From contig JBDRVE010000004.1 of assembly GCA_039801725.1 (NCBI GenBank), positions 6,992-70,991 of the forward strand: DNA of 64,000 nucleotides. The letters run 5' to 3'. This DNA is from a candidate division WOR-3 bacterium. Its GTDB lineage: Bacteria; Hydrothermota; Tepidihabitantia; Tepidihabitantales; DTDR01. Both the position numbers and the translations under genes were made by a program. Position 1 is the first letter of the stretch, and every line of letters starts with the position of its first letter. Below the pieces are notes generated by a model. The model did no database searches and was not told the DNA's origin. It was given only the letters and a program-made list of their open reading frames with translations. This document shows, one piece after another, positions 20,226-29,185 of the stretch.

Positions 20226-21407
20226 TTAGATTGTCAATCTTTTGATGAGAATTGTTGCATAGGAACCAGCTGGTAATATAAAATTTAAAATAATTTTATA
20301 TTTTCCCTTATATAACTCATCAGGCAATAAATCACTGGTCTTCATTTGGGTAGGTAAAATTATTGCTTTTCTTAAATAAGGCTTGAAATAGAGGCCACGG
20401 ATGCTCAATTTTATTTTAAGGTCTTTTAAAGAAAACCCATCTTTTTTTAGAACTTCTTCCATAATATTAATAATTTCGTTTTTTTCTTTTATTTTGGGAG
20501 AAGGTGCTGGAATAAAGAGATTTAATAATTTTTCTTTAAAGGAAGCTGGTAAAGTTTTATAAAAATATAATTCACCAAAACTGTATCTTACAGGAAAAAT
20601 CGAAATAGACAGATTTTTTAGATACAAATTTAAGGTTTCGTTCCAAATATAAGCCTGATAAGCATTAACAAAAATTTTCAGAAGTTCTAAAGGAATTTTT
20701 TTAATAGCTCCTTTATAGTCTGTTGGATTATTTATTAGATAATTTATAACTGGCAAATACTCCCGAATTGCCAAATTTTTTGCTTCCTCCCATTTTCCCC
20801 AATTTTCTCTCAAAAATTTTTTTAATTTTTTAATTTTACTTTCGTCAAAAGAAGAAGGAGTAGCAAGAAAAAGTTTCAAAGCCTTTTCATAATTCTTTTT
20901 TATTAAATAACAAGCAATAAATCCTTGTTTGTGCCGTGCACTCCCCATTCTCTGTTCGTCATAAAAATTTGGTAAACCATTAATCCTTGCTTCCCAAAAA
21001 TTATCAATCATTCTTTCTCCTTCTTCTTTTTTTAAATCTCTGATAGTAATTTGAAAATAATTTCCTAATAAATCCTCTTTTTTTAGGGGTCTATCTAAAA
21101 AACCTAAGAGAGTTAAAGAAAAATTTTTTTCTTTTATCGTTTCTTTCTCTACTGTGTTAGAAGCTAAATATTGAAAAGCATAAGAATACCGGTCTTTTAA
21201 CCCTAAACGATAGATTTTATCAAATTTATATTTCTTTTGTAAAATATAGATAACATCTAGCGTATTAAAATTTTTCTTTTCTAATAAATAAACTGCATAT
21301 TCTCCTTTTTCTTGTAAAGATAAATTTACAATTTCTTTAACAAAAAAATCTTCTGGTTTTACTTTTACTTTTATAGGTTTACCAAAAAAGGAAATTTTTG
21401 TTGAAAT
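20226..21407 (-). CDS. truD: tRNA pseudouridine(13) synthase TruD. Start uncertain: no ATG, GTG or TTG is available.
   Basis: PEDFFVKE...GEYAVY...LGLKDRYS (catalytic Asp region) and LPNFYDEQRMG motifs. The reading frame is open from 21422 to 20226. The ORF track reports only from the internal Met at 21011. The nearest plausible start is ATT at 21407..21405. Confidence 0.7.
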   Translation of the reverse strand: MSTKISFFGKPIKVKVKPEDFFVKEIVNLSLQEKGEYAVYLLEKKNFNTLDVIYILQKKYKFDKIYRLGLKDRYSYAFQYLASNTVEKETIKEKNFSLTLLGFLDRPLKKEDLLGNYFQITIRDLKKEEGERMIDNFWEARINGLPNFYDEQRMGSARHKQGFIACYLIKKNYEKALKLFLATPSSFDESKIKKLKKFLRENWGKWEEAKNLAIREYLPVINYLINNPTDYKGAIKKIPLELLKIFVNAYQAYIWNETLNLYLKNLSISIFPVRYSFGELYFYKTLPASFKEKLLNLFIPAPSPKIKEKNEIINIMEEVLKKDGFSLKDLKIKLSIRGLYFKPYLRKAIILPTQMKTSDLLPDELYKGKYKIILNFILPAGSYATILIKRLTI

Positions 21408-23002
21408 TCTTCTTTCCGATAATCAGGTAAAATCTTGGGTGACTTCCTCTTCTCATCTACACCGTTTTCTTTCAATTCTTTATGATAGGTAATTAAATGG
21501 TTCAAAGTTAATTTCTTAATTGGTGGTAATTCTTTAAAAATTTCACCAGCCCTTTTACCTGCTCTTTTACCAAATACTAATATATCTAATAAGGAATTCC
21601 CCATTAAACGGTTTCTGCCGTGAACTCCACCACTTACTTCCCCACAAACTAATAACCCCAAAACATTTGTCTCACAATTTTCATCAATTAAAATCCCACC
21701 ATTCTGATAGTGTTGCGTTGGGTAAGTTAACACCGGCTCTTTCCTCATATCAATCCCAAAACGTAAAAATTGACGAAACATTGCAGGCAATTCTTTTTCA
21801 ATTGTGCCTTCGCCTTGAAGGATTTCAATTAAAGGAGTATCAAGCCACACACCATAATAACCGCCAGGTGTTTTTATACCTTTTCCTCGCAAACATTCTC
21901 TAATTATTGCCGAAGAGACTACATCTCTAGTTTCTAATGAATAAATAAACTGTTCACCATCACAATTTACTAACTGGGCACCTAAACTTCGTACCTTTTC
22001 AGTAATCAATTGTCCTAACATTTGCTCAGGAAAAGCCACACCCGTGGGATGATACTGGATCGTATCAAGATAGATAAATTTGGCACCAGCTCGATAGGCT
22101 AATACCAAGCCATCAGCAGTTGCTCCATAATGATTAGAGGTAGGAAATCCTTGGACATGTAATCTACCGGCACCACCAGTTGCCAAAATTGTTACTTTAC
22201 TTTTAACAATGATTAATTTGCCATTTTCCAAATTTAACAAAACAGCGCCACAGCATTTTCCATCTTCATCAGTTAATAGTTCAATCGCACAAGTAAATTC
22301 TAAGAAATTAATTTTTTTATTTAAAAATTCGTCTCTAATTACCCGCATTATCTCCATTCCGGTATAATCTTTACAAGTATGCATTCTCTTTCGAGAAGTA
22401 CCACCACCGTGAATAGTAATCATACTACCATCTTCTTTTTTATCAAACATTACTCCTAAATCTTCTAACCATTTGATAATTTTGGGACCATCGGTAACTA
22501 AAGTGTAAACCAACTTAGGAATATTTTTATATCCTCCGCCACCAATCACATCTAAATAATGAATAGCCGGGGAATCATTCTCCTTATCGGCTGCTTGGAT
22601 ACCTCCCTGCGCCATTGTAGTATTAGCATCACCAATTCTTAATTTAGTAACTAAAAGGATATTTTTTGTGTATTCATAGGCAGATAACGCTGCTGCCACA
22701 CCCGCTCCTCCGCCACCAATAATTAAAATATCCACATCATAATCAATATTTTCTAATTTAAAATTTTCTGGATTTAAATAAGAATAACTTTCTAAAATAT
22801 CAGCAATTTCATTAACAACCAAATCTCCTTTATTTACTCCCACTTTAATCTCTCGGACTGTTCCCGGTTTATAATCAGGATGATAGTTTTTTAAAAGTTC
22901 TTGCTTTTCTTCTGCTTTTAATTTAGGGAAAATCTCCTTTCTTCTTCTCTCCCGAGTACTTTCTACTTTTTTTATTGACTCTTTCATATAATCAAAATAC
23001 AT
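21371..23002 (-). CDS. Succinate dehydrogenase/fumarate reductase-type flavoprotein subunit. FAD is probably non-covalent. Carries a 95-aa N-terminal extension.
   Basis: IIGGGGAG dinucleotide fold, GDANTTMAQGGI (Asp in place of the covalent-FAD His), HPTG, and RNRLMGNSLLDILVFGKRAG active-site/C-terminal motifs. 543 aa. Confidence 0.7.
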   Translation of the reverse strand: MYFDYMKESIKKVESTRERRRKEIFPKLKAEEKQELLKNYHPDYKPGTVREIKVGVNKGDLVVNEIADILESYSYLNPENFKLENIDYDVDILIIGGGGAGVAAALSAYEYTKNILLVTKLRIGDANTTMAQGGIQAADKENDSPAIHYLDVIGGGGYKNIPKLVYTLVTDGPKIIKWLEDLGVMFDKKEDGSMITIHGGGTSRKRMHTCKDYTGMEIMRVIRDEFLNKKINFLEFTCAIELLTDEDGKCCGAVLLNLENGKLIIVKSKVTILATGGAGRLHVQGFPTSNHYGATADGLVLAYRAGAKFIYLDTIQYHPTGVAFPEQMLGQLITEKVRSLGAQLVNCDGEQFIYSLETRDVVSSAIIRECLRGKGIKTPGGYYGVWLDTPLIEILQGEGTIEKELPAMFRQFLRFGIDMRKEPVLTYPTQHYQNGGILIDENCETNVLGLLVCGEVSGGVHGRNRLMGNSLLDILVFGKRAGKRAGEIFKELPPIKKLTLNHLITYHKELKENGVDEKRKSPKILPDYRKEEFQQKFPFLVNL

Positions 23003-23022
23003 TGAATACCTCCTTAATTATA

Positions 23023-23694
23023 TTAAGGCTCAATCTCTCTTTTCTCATATAGTTCTTTCAACTTTTCGACAGGCATCTTCATCAATTCTTGTAAATCCTT
23101 CTCAAATTTCCCATCCTCAATTTCCTTTATTCTTTTTTCTAAATCTTTTGCTTTTCTTTGAATTAATCGACCATAAATCCTTCTTCCTAAAAGGCCCACG
23201 TAATATTGCACAATTTCCGCTGGACAACGAGAGGCACATAAACCACACATAATACAATCAAAAGATAATTCAGCAACTTTTTTAACATCTCCCCTTATTG
23301 CTGCATTCACGTATTCCATAACTTTTAAATCTTGCGGACAGACTCGATTACAACTACCACAGGAAATACATCTTAAAATTTCAGGATAGTATTTTATAAA
23401 GATTTGAGTATCATAATCCAATTCTTCGAGATTATAAAGTGCTTTGTTAGCAGGATAGAAAGGAATTTGAGCTAAATACATTCCGTCTTCCACAGTGGTC
23501 TGACAAGCTAAACCAACTTTTAAACGAAAAGAATCTTTCTTACGATAGACAGTCGAACAAGCGCCACAAAAACCACCGCGACATCCTGCACCACGAATCA
23601 AAAGAAATCCGCAGTATTCTAATGCTCGCATAATTGTTAAACCTTCGGGTACCAAATACTCTTTTCCCATTATATAAATTTTTACTTCTTTCAT
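23023..23694 (-). CDS. SdhB/FrdB-like iron-sulfur subunit with a [2Fe-2S] cluster and two [4Fe-4S] motifs.
   Basis: CRGGFCGACS...C (plant-type 2Fe-2S), CISCGSCNRVCP and CIMCGLCASRCP. 223 aa with a Lys/Glu-rich C-terminal tail. Confidence 0.65.
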   Translation of the reverse strand: MKEVKIYIMGKEYLVPEGLTIMRALEYCGFLLIRGAGCRGGFCGACSTVYRKKDSFRLKVGLACQTTVEDGMYLAQIPFYPANKALYNLEELDYDTQIFIKYYPEILRCISCGSCNRVCPQDLKVMEYVNAAIRGDVKKVAELSFDCIMCGLCASRCPAEIVQYYVGLLGRRIYGRLIQRKAKDLEKRIKEIEDGKFEKDLQELMKMPVEKLKELYEKREIEP

Positions 23695-23708
23695 ATTTTT
23701 AACTTTAT

Positions 23709-24266
23709 TTATGCTTTAGCATACTTTTTAACACCCATTTCATACAAGTCATTACCATAAATATCATTAATCACAATTACCGGAAAATCTTCCACTACTA
23801 ATTCGGAAATTGCCTCCGGACCTAAATCTTCATAAGCAATTATTTTGGCACTCTTTATTTTCTTCATCGTTAAAGCCGCGACACCTCCAATCGCACCAAA
23901 ATAAACTCCTTTATACTGCATCATTGCTTTTTTTACTGCTTCGCTCCTATTGCCTTTTCCTATCATTCCTTTTAAACCATTGGCCAATAAAATTGGTGTA
24001 TAAGGATCCATCCTTCCGGAGGTGGTTGGACCTGCTGGACCAATAGGATAGCCTGGTTTTGCCGGCGCAGGACCTACATAATAAATTATTGCTCCTTTTA
24101 ATTCAAAAGGTAACTTTTCTTTTTTTTCGATCGCTTCTACCAATCTCTTATGGGCTAAATCTCTTGCGGAATAGATAACTCCGTTTATTAAAACCTGATC
24201 CCCTGCCTTCAAATTTTCCACTATTTCATCGGTTAGCGGAGTTACAATTCTTTTTACTTCCATCAT
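23709..24266 (-). CDS. fumB: Class I fumarate hydratase beta subunit (Fe-S hydro-lyase, tartrate/fumarate beta-type catalytic domain).
   Basis: GPAPAKPGYPIGPAGPTTSGRMD and GAIGGVAAL motifs. 185 aa. AGGAGGA ribosome-binding site. No alpha-subunit gene is adjacent. Confidence 0.75.
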   Translation of the reverse strand: MMEVKRIVTPLTDEIVENLKAGDQVLINGVIYSARDLAHKRLVEAIEKKEKLPFELKGAIIYYVGPAPAKPGYPIGPAGPTTSGRMDPYTPILLANGLKGMIGKGNRSEAVKKAMMQYKGVYFGAIGGVAALTMKKIKSAKIIAYEDLGPEAISELVVEDFPVIVINDIYGNDLYEMGVKKYAKA

Positions 24267-24286
24267 TTCCTCCTACTTAAAATTAA

Positions 24287-24315
24287 ATTATAATAATTTA
24301 TAAAATAAATTTCAA
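24287..24315 (-). promoter_or_regulatory. Sigma70-type promoter for the fumB/FeS/flavoprotein operon.
   Basis: On the minus strand: TTGAAA (24315..24310), 17-nt spacer, TATAAT (24292..24287). The AGGAGGA ribosome-binding site and tandem ATG start follow. Confidence 0.45.
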
Positions 24316-25045
24316 TGAAAATAAAATGTTTATATTAGAAGATACTTTTAAAATTGAAAACAATCTAACTATTAAACATGATAGTATATTATTATATTAT
24401 CATTTCTAAATATGTAAACACTTTTTTAACAACAGCTCCTTTATTAAATAGTTAAAAAATGGTAACCTTTTTGCCTTCTTTTACGTATATATTATATACG
24501 GGAAAAATTAACTATTTATCCTCTGGTGAATACCACAAAATAAATAAAATTAAAGATAATAAGATTAAAATGGCAACAATTATTGAAAGTTCAGTTAAGA
24601 TAGTTTTATTGAAAATAACTCTAAGATGGAGGTAGTTAGTGAAAGAAAGGCGCCTCCAGTCCAATAATTAATTAAATTTCTCACTTACCTATTTTTAGGC
24701 TTCATTCTTATTGAACAAAGGGATTTTATCCCTTTTTAAATAGGGAGCAGTATAGAATACTATATAGGTTTTTATTTAAGAAAAATTATTAAAAATAATT
24801 TATAATTACTAATCTTATATTTTAACAATTTCTATCAAAATAATTTGAAAAATAGTAGTAAATATAATTTTACGAAACTATCATAATTTTCTGTTAATTA
24901 CCATAGCAATTGATTCTTTTATGATTACCTTTTCATAAATAGCATAATTTTTGCGATATTAGAATTATTAAGTCTTCTTTATAATTTAATTTTGCTTTTA
25001 ACAGACAATTACTTATTTAACAACGATGTTTTGGTTGGCCAGAAA

Positions 25046-25882
25046 TTAAATGCCGGCCAGATAGGAACTTCTTACTTTGATTCCGCTAATAATTTTCTTT
25101 ATCCCAATCTTCTTACCCCATTCAACAAATTTTTTAAAATCTTCTTCTCTATAATATTTTTTCACCGGATAGTTACTTCTTGAAGGCATCAAATATTGAC
25201 CAATAGTAACTATATCCACATCGGCTTTTTTTAGATCAAGCAGAGTTTCATAAATTTCTTCTTCTTCTTCCCCTAAACCGACCATAAAACCACTTTTAGT
25301 AATAATTCTATTATCTAATTCTTTCGCCTTTTTTAAAATCCATAAAGAACGAAAGTAATCAGCTTTTTTATCCCTAATAATTTTTGTTAATCTCTTGGTA
25401 GTTTCAATGTTATGTGCCAAAACGTTAGGTCTTCTTAAAACCACTTTTTTAAGTGCCTCTAATTCACCCATAAAATCAGGTATCAATACTTCGATTAAAG
25501 TATTCGATGATATTTTTCTTATCTCTTCAATTGTTTTAACAAAAATTTCGGCGCCGTAATCTTCTAAATCGTCACGAGTAACAGAAGTTATTACGCAATA
25601 ATTAAGAGAAAGCTCTTTAACTGCTAAAGCAACTCTTTTTGGTTCATCTTCCGAAACCCTTTCGGGAACTCCTTTGGGCACACCACAAAAAACACACCTC
25701 CTTGTACAAATATTTCCCAAAATCAGAAAAGTTAAAGATCTTTTACTAAAACATTCTCCTAAATTTGGACACTTGGCATTTTCACAAACAGTGTGTAAAT
25801 TATATTTTTTTAAAATACTCTTCAAAAAAACGTAATCCTCTCCTCCTGGTAAAGAAGATAACTTAGCAAAATAGGATTCCAT
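25046..25882 (-). CDS. lipA: Lipoyl synthase (radical SAM).
   Basis: N-terminal CxxxxCxxxxxC plus the radical-SAM CTRRCVFCGV. 278 aa. Confidence 0.9.
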   Translation of the reverse strand: MESYFAKLSSLPGGEDYVFLKSILKKYNLHTVCENAKCPNLGECFSKRSLTFLILGNICTRRCVFCGVPKGVPERVSEDEPKRVALAVKELSLNYCVITSVTRDDLEDYGAEIFVKTIEEIRKISSNTLIEVLIPDFMGELEALKKVVLRRPNVLAHNIETTKRLTKIIRDKKADYFRSLWILKKAKELDNRIITKSGFMVGLGEEEEEIYETLLDLKKADVDIVTIGQYLMPSRSNYPVKKYYREEDFKKFVEWGKKIGIKKIISGIKVRSSYLAGI

Positions 25883-25975
25883 AAAAAAATTATAAAACTT
25901 TTAAGAAAAAAATCAAATTAAGAGAAATTCTTAATTCTTGACATTTTATAAATTTTAATTATCTTTTATATAAGG

Positions 25976-26368
25976 ATGCTTTTCTTATTTTTTTCTAAAC
26001 CAAAAATTAAAATTACGGTAAATAAACTTTATTATTTTTCTCCCAAAACTGATTACCGACATCAGATTATTGTAGAAATTCCTGATTACCAAAGTTCTTA
26101 TCAGGCATTGGTGGGAGTATATAATGGCGGTAAAAAAAGATTTATTCTCAAAGATATTATTCTTAAAATAGAAAATTTAACTCTTCGTTGTGCTAATCAT
26201 AAAATTTTAGAAATCAAACCAGACGAATATAAACAATTCTTATGGATTTTTCCTTCTCCGGCTTCTTTAAGTAAACAAAAAGGAAAATATATTTTGATTT
26301 TAATGGATGAAAAAAACCGTTTCTTTGCGGTATCTGGCCGGTTTCCCAAATTTGATATTTCTTATTAG
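25976..26368 (+). CDS. Hypothetical protein.
   Basis: 130-aa ORF with no recognisable motif. Start uncertain. Confidence 0.3.
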   Translation: MLFLFFSKPKIKITVNKLYYFSPKTDYRHQIIVEIPDYQSSYQALVGVYNGGKKRFILKDIILKIENLTLRCANHKILEIKPDEYKQFLWIFPSPASLSKQKGKYILILMDEKNRFFAVSGRFPKFDISY

Positions 26369-26384
26369 TTTACTATAATTACTT

Positions 26385-27320
26385 ATGCTAAAAAATGTCG
26401 TCAAATTTATTTATCAAAAAATTAATGAAATAAAAAATATTGTTGGTGATAAAAAAATAATTTGCGCTGTTTCTGGCGGTGTCGATTCGATGACCACGGC
26501 TGTCCTTGTACACAAAGCAGTTGGTGACAACTTAATTGCTGTCTTCATTAATGATGGTTTAATGAGAAAAGATGAAGACAAATTTGTTTGTGAAGAATTA
26601 AGGAAATTCGGTATTAAAGTAAAAATATATCATCGAGTTGAAAATTTTTTTAAAGCCTTAAAGGGGTTAACAGATCCCGAAGAAAAAAGAATTGCCTTTC
26701 GAGAAACTTTTTATAAAATTTTTCAAGAAATAATAAATGAAGAAAAGGCAGAGTTTTTAGCGCAAGGAACTATCAAGGCAGATATTATTGAAACGGAAGC
26801 AAAAATAAAAACTCAGCATAACGTCTTATCCCAAATTGGAATAAATCCACAAAAATATGGTTTAAAAATAATTGAACCATTAAAAGATTTATTAAAACCA
26901 GAAGTAAGAAGAGTAGCAAAGCGATTAGGATTATCAAAAGAAGTTTACCAAAGAAAACCTTTTCCGGGACCGGGATTGCTTTGTCGCGTACTTGGTGAAG
27001 TAACTGAAGAAAGAGTAGAAATTGTTAGAAAAGCAACCGAAATTGTTGAAAGATTAACAGAAAGAGTTAAAAGTTTTCAAACCTTTCCAGTGTTATTAAG
27101 TGACAAAGCCACTGGAATTAAAGATTATCAGAGGGTATTAGGTGACATCATTGTCATTCGTTCTGTTGAATCTAAGGATGCTTTATCGGCTAAAGCCAAA
27201 AGACTGCCTTATAAGTTATTATTAAAAATCCGTGATGAATTAATTAAAGAAATTCCTTCTTGTGTAAAAGTTTTATACGATATTACTGACAAACCACCTT
27301 CAACTATTGAGTATATCTAA
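26385..27320 (+). CDS. guaA: GMP synthase ATP-pyrophosphatase subunit (split GuaA, subunit-B type). No glutamine-amidotransferase domain present.
   Basis: PP-loop AVSGGVDSMTTAVL, RKPFPGPGLLCRVLGEV and the C-terminal dimerisation region. 311 aa. No glutamine-amidotransferase domain in this or the neighbouring genes. Confidence 0.7.
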   Translation: MLKNVVKFIYQKINEIKNIVGDKKIICAVSGGVDSMTTAVLVHKAVGDNLIAVFINDGLMRKDEDKFVCEELRKFGIKVKIYHRVENFFKALKGLTDPEEKRIAFRETFYKIFQEIINEEKAEFLAQGTIKADIIETEAKIKTQHNVLSQIGINPQKYGLKIIEPLKDLLKPEVRRVAKRLGLSKEVYQRKPFPGPGLLCRVLGEVTEERVEIVRKATEIVERLTERVKSFQTFPVLLSDKATGIKDYQRVLGDIIVIRSVESKDALSAKAKRLPYKLLLKIRDELIKEIPSCVKVLYDITDKPPSTIEYI

Positions 27321-27322
27321 TC

Positions 27323-27721
27323 ATGGATTGTCGAATATATTGTTTAGTTACTTTACTTGGTTGGGGACTTTGGGGATTTGGTACTAAATTATTAGGGAAA
27401 TTTTATCCTCCCTTTCCTCTATCTTTTTTTTCTAATGTGGGTACAGTAATTTTCCTCTGCTTTTTTATTTTTAAATTTCCTTTGCCGATTAATAAATTTT
27501 CCTTCTATTCTTTGATAAATGGTCTAGTTGCCGGTATTGGGACAATCGGTTTTTACTTTGCTTTAAACAAAGGTGAAGCTTCAGTAGTCTTTCCAATAAC
27601 TTCACTTTATATCGTTTTTCCCGTGATTTTAGGCTATATTTTTCTCAGGGAACCAATAACCCTCAAACATCTTTTAGGTTTTATTTTTAGTTTGATAGCA
27701 ATCTATCTTCTTAGCAGTTAA
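27323..27721 (+). CDS. Small integral membrane protein (4 TM helices, EamA/DMT-like half-transporter).
   Basis: 132 aa with four hydrophobic helices. Start is 2 nt after the guaA-like stop. Confidence 0.4.
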   Translation: MDCRIYCLVTLLGWGLWGFGTKLLGKFYPPFPLSFFSNVGTVIFLCFFIFKFPLPINKFSFYSLINGLVAGIGTIGFYFALNKGEASVVFPITSLYIVFPVILGYIFLREPITLKHLLGFIFSLIAIYLLSS

Positions 27722-27722
27722 G

Positions 27723-29030
27723 TTATTCAATCTTTTTAAGGAAATAAACTCGATACCAAGGATGAGAAAATATTGGTTCAAACATAAGATTCTCTTCTTC
27801 TAACGTATGAACACGAAATTGAGAAAGAAAATCAAAAAACGTTTCGACACCGGCAAAATCTTTTAACAAATAAAATACTAAAGAATTTTCGTAATCTTTT
27901 ATATTTTTCTTTAAAGCAATAATTTCTCGAAAACTTTCTAAATTATTACTTATCTCTGATTTTGAAAGATAATATTCAAAAATAACTTTTCTTCTAAAGG
28001 GTATAATTAAATATTTCGGTTTTAAAGTTAATAAATAATTTTTTATTACGGGAATAGAATTTTCGATTGCTATCATTTTATCTTCTTCATCTTTTAAATT
28101 CCATTTGATATTCTCTATCTTATCAATTGGTGGATTTATGAAAAAAAGGAGTAAAAACAAAATTATCGGTAATAAAAATTTAATATTTTTCTTCTTAAAA
28201 AAGATATCAAAAGTTTGGAATAAAAAGAAACTCAAAAAAAACAAAGATAGTAAAAAGAATCTTCTCATTGGTAAAACTCCGCCACGAAAGGAAAGAAGAA
28301 AATAAAAGACAAAGGGCGAAAAAATTGCCGCCAATAAAATCAAATAACTTTCAAGATTATTTCGACAATGATATATTGTTGAAATTATTGCCAAGAAACA
28401 GATTATCAGAAATAACCAGCCTGTTTGACTGCTAAGATCTTTAAAAACTATTGGAAAAAAATTTTGTGGTTTTACAAGAGGAATTCCCGTAATAATTGGA
28501 TAACGAGCAGTTATAATAAAAGAATAAAAGGGGGTAGAAAAAGCACGATAATCAAAAAAAAGCCAAACAACAGGAGCTAAAAAGGGCAAAAATAAAAATA
28601 ACGATTTTTTTTCTTTCCAAAAAAATACCGGTAATAAAAAGATAAAAGCGATAAACCAAGCATCCGGTCTTATTAAACCAGCAATAAGATTTAATACTCC
28701 GTATTTTAAATAATCTTTTATCAAGAAATAATAGAGAGAAATAATCATTATTGGAATATATAAAAACACCCAATACACGCTTAAAAGATTTTGCCAACTA
28801 TCTTCAAAGAAAAAAAGAGAGTAAAGGAAAGCCAAAAAACCAGCAAAGAAAGAATTAGAAAATTTTTCACTAATTTTTAAAAAATAAAAAAAACCTAACG
28901 AAATTAAAAAAGAGATAATGAGATAATTAATAAAAGAAGAAAAAAGATAACAGAAAAAAGCCATTAAAGGTTTTGGTGTTTCCGATAAAAAATAGGGGGG
29001 CGATTGGGAGATAATAAAATATTGAAACAT
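27723..29030 (-). CDS. Polytopic membrane protein, possibly a GT-C-type glycosyltransferase. Function unknown.
   Basis: 435 aa with about 10 predicted TM helices and a C-terminal soluble domain. Only a weak resemblance to PMT/ArnT-like enzymes. Confidence 0.35.
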   Translation of the reverse strand: MFQYFIISQSPPYFLSETPKPLMAFFCYLFSSFINYLIISFLISLGFFYFLKISEKFSNSFFAGFLAFLYSLFFFEDSWQNLLSVYWVFLYIPIMIISLYYFLIKDYLKYGVLNLIAGLIRPDAWFIAFIFLLPVFFWKEKKSLFLFLPFLAPVVWLFFDYRAFSTPFYSFIITARYPIITGIPLVKPQNFFPIVFKDLSSQTGWLFLIICFLAIISTIYHCRNNLESYLILLAAIFSPFVFYFLLSFRGGVLPMRRFFLLSLFFLSFFLFQTFDIFFKKKNIKFLLPIILFLLLFFINPPIDKIENIKWNLKDEEDKMIAIENSIPVIKNYLLTLKPKYLIIPFRRKVIFEYYLSKSEISNNLESFREIIALKKNIKDYENSLVFYLLKDFAGVETFFDFLSQFRVHTLEEENLMFEPIFSHPWYRVYFLKKIE

Positions 29031-29185
29031 CCTGCGATAAGTGATATTTACACTTTTTCCTAAATATCGGTACTGAAGGTTTAAAAAAAGTGGTAATAGT
29101 ATTAAAATTAAAAATAAAAATATAGTACTACATAATTTTAATTTAAAATCAAAAGATAATTTGGAAATCTTTAAAATCTTAACCC

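Noticed and set aside
25031-25070. Short GGCC-containing hairpin near the lipA 3' end as a terminator.
   Set aside because: Only a 5-bp stem with a 14-nt loop and no U-tract. It overlaps the lipA coding end.
28105-28305. Plus-strand ORFs antisense to the 27723..29030 membrane protein. Similar antisense ORFs occur at 708..932, 2059..2265, 2623..2814, 3536..4365, 7311..7526, 8155..8868, 12083..12337, 31588..32353, 36647..37063, 53227..53511, 57120..57332 and 62801..63094.
   Set aside because: All lie inside, and antisense to or out of frame with, strongly supported genes. Their low-complexity K/F/L-rich compositions are typical of AT-rich noise.
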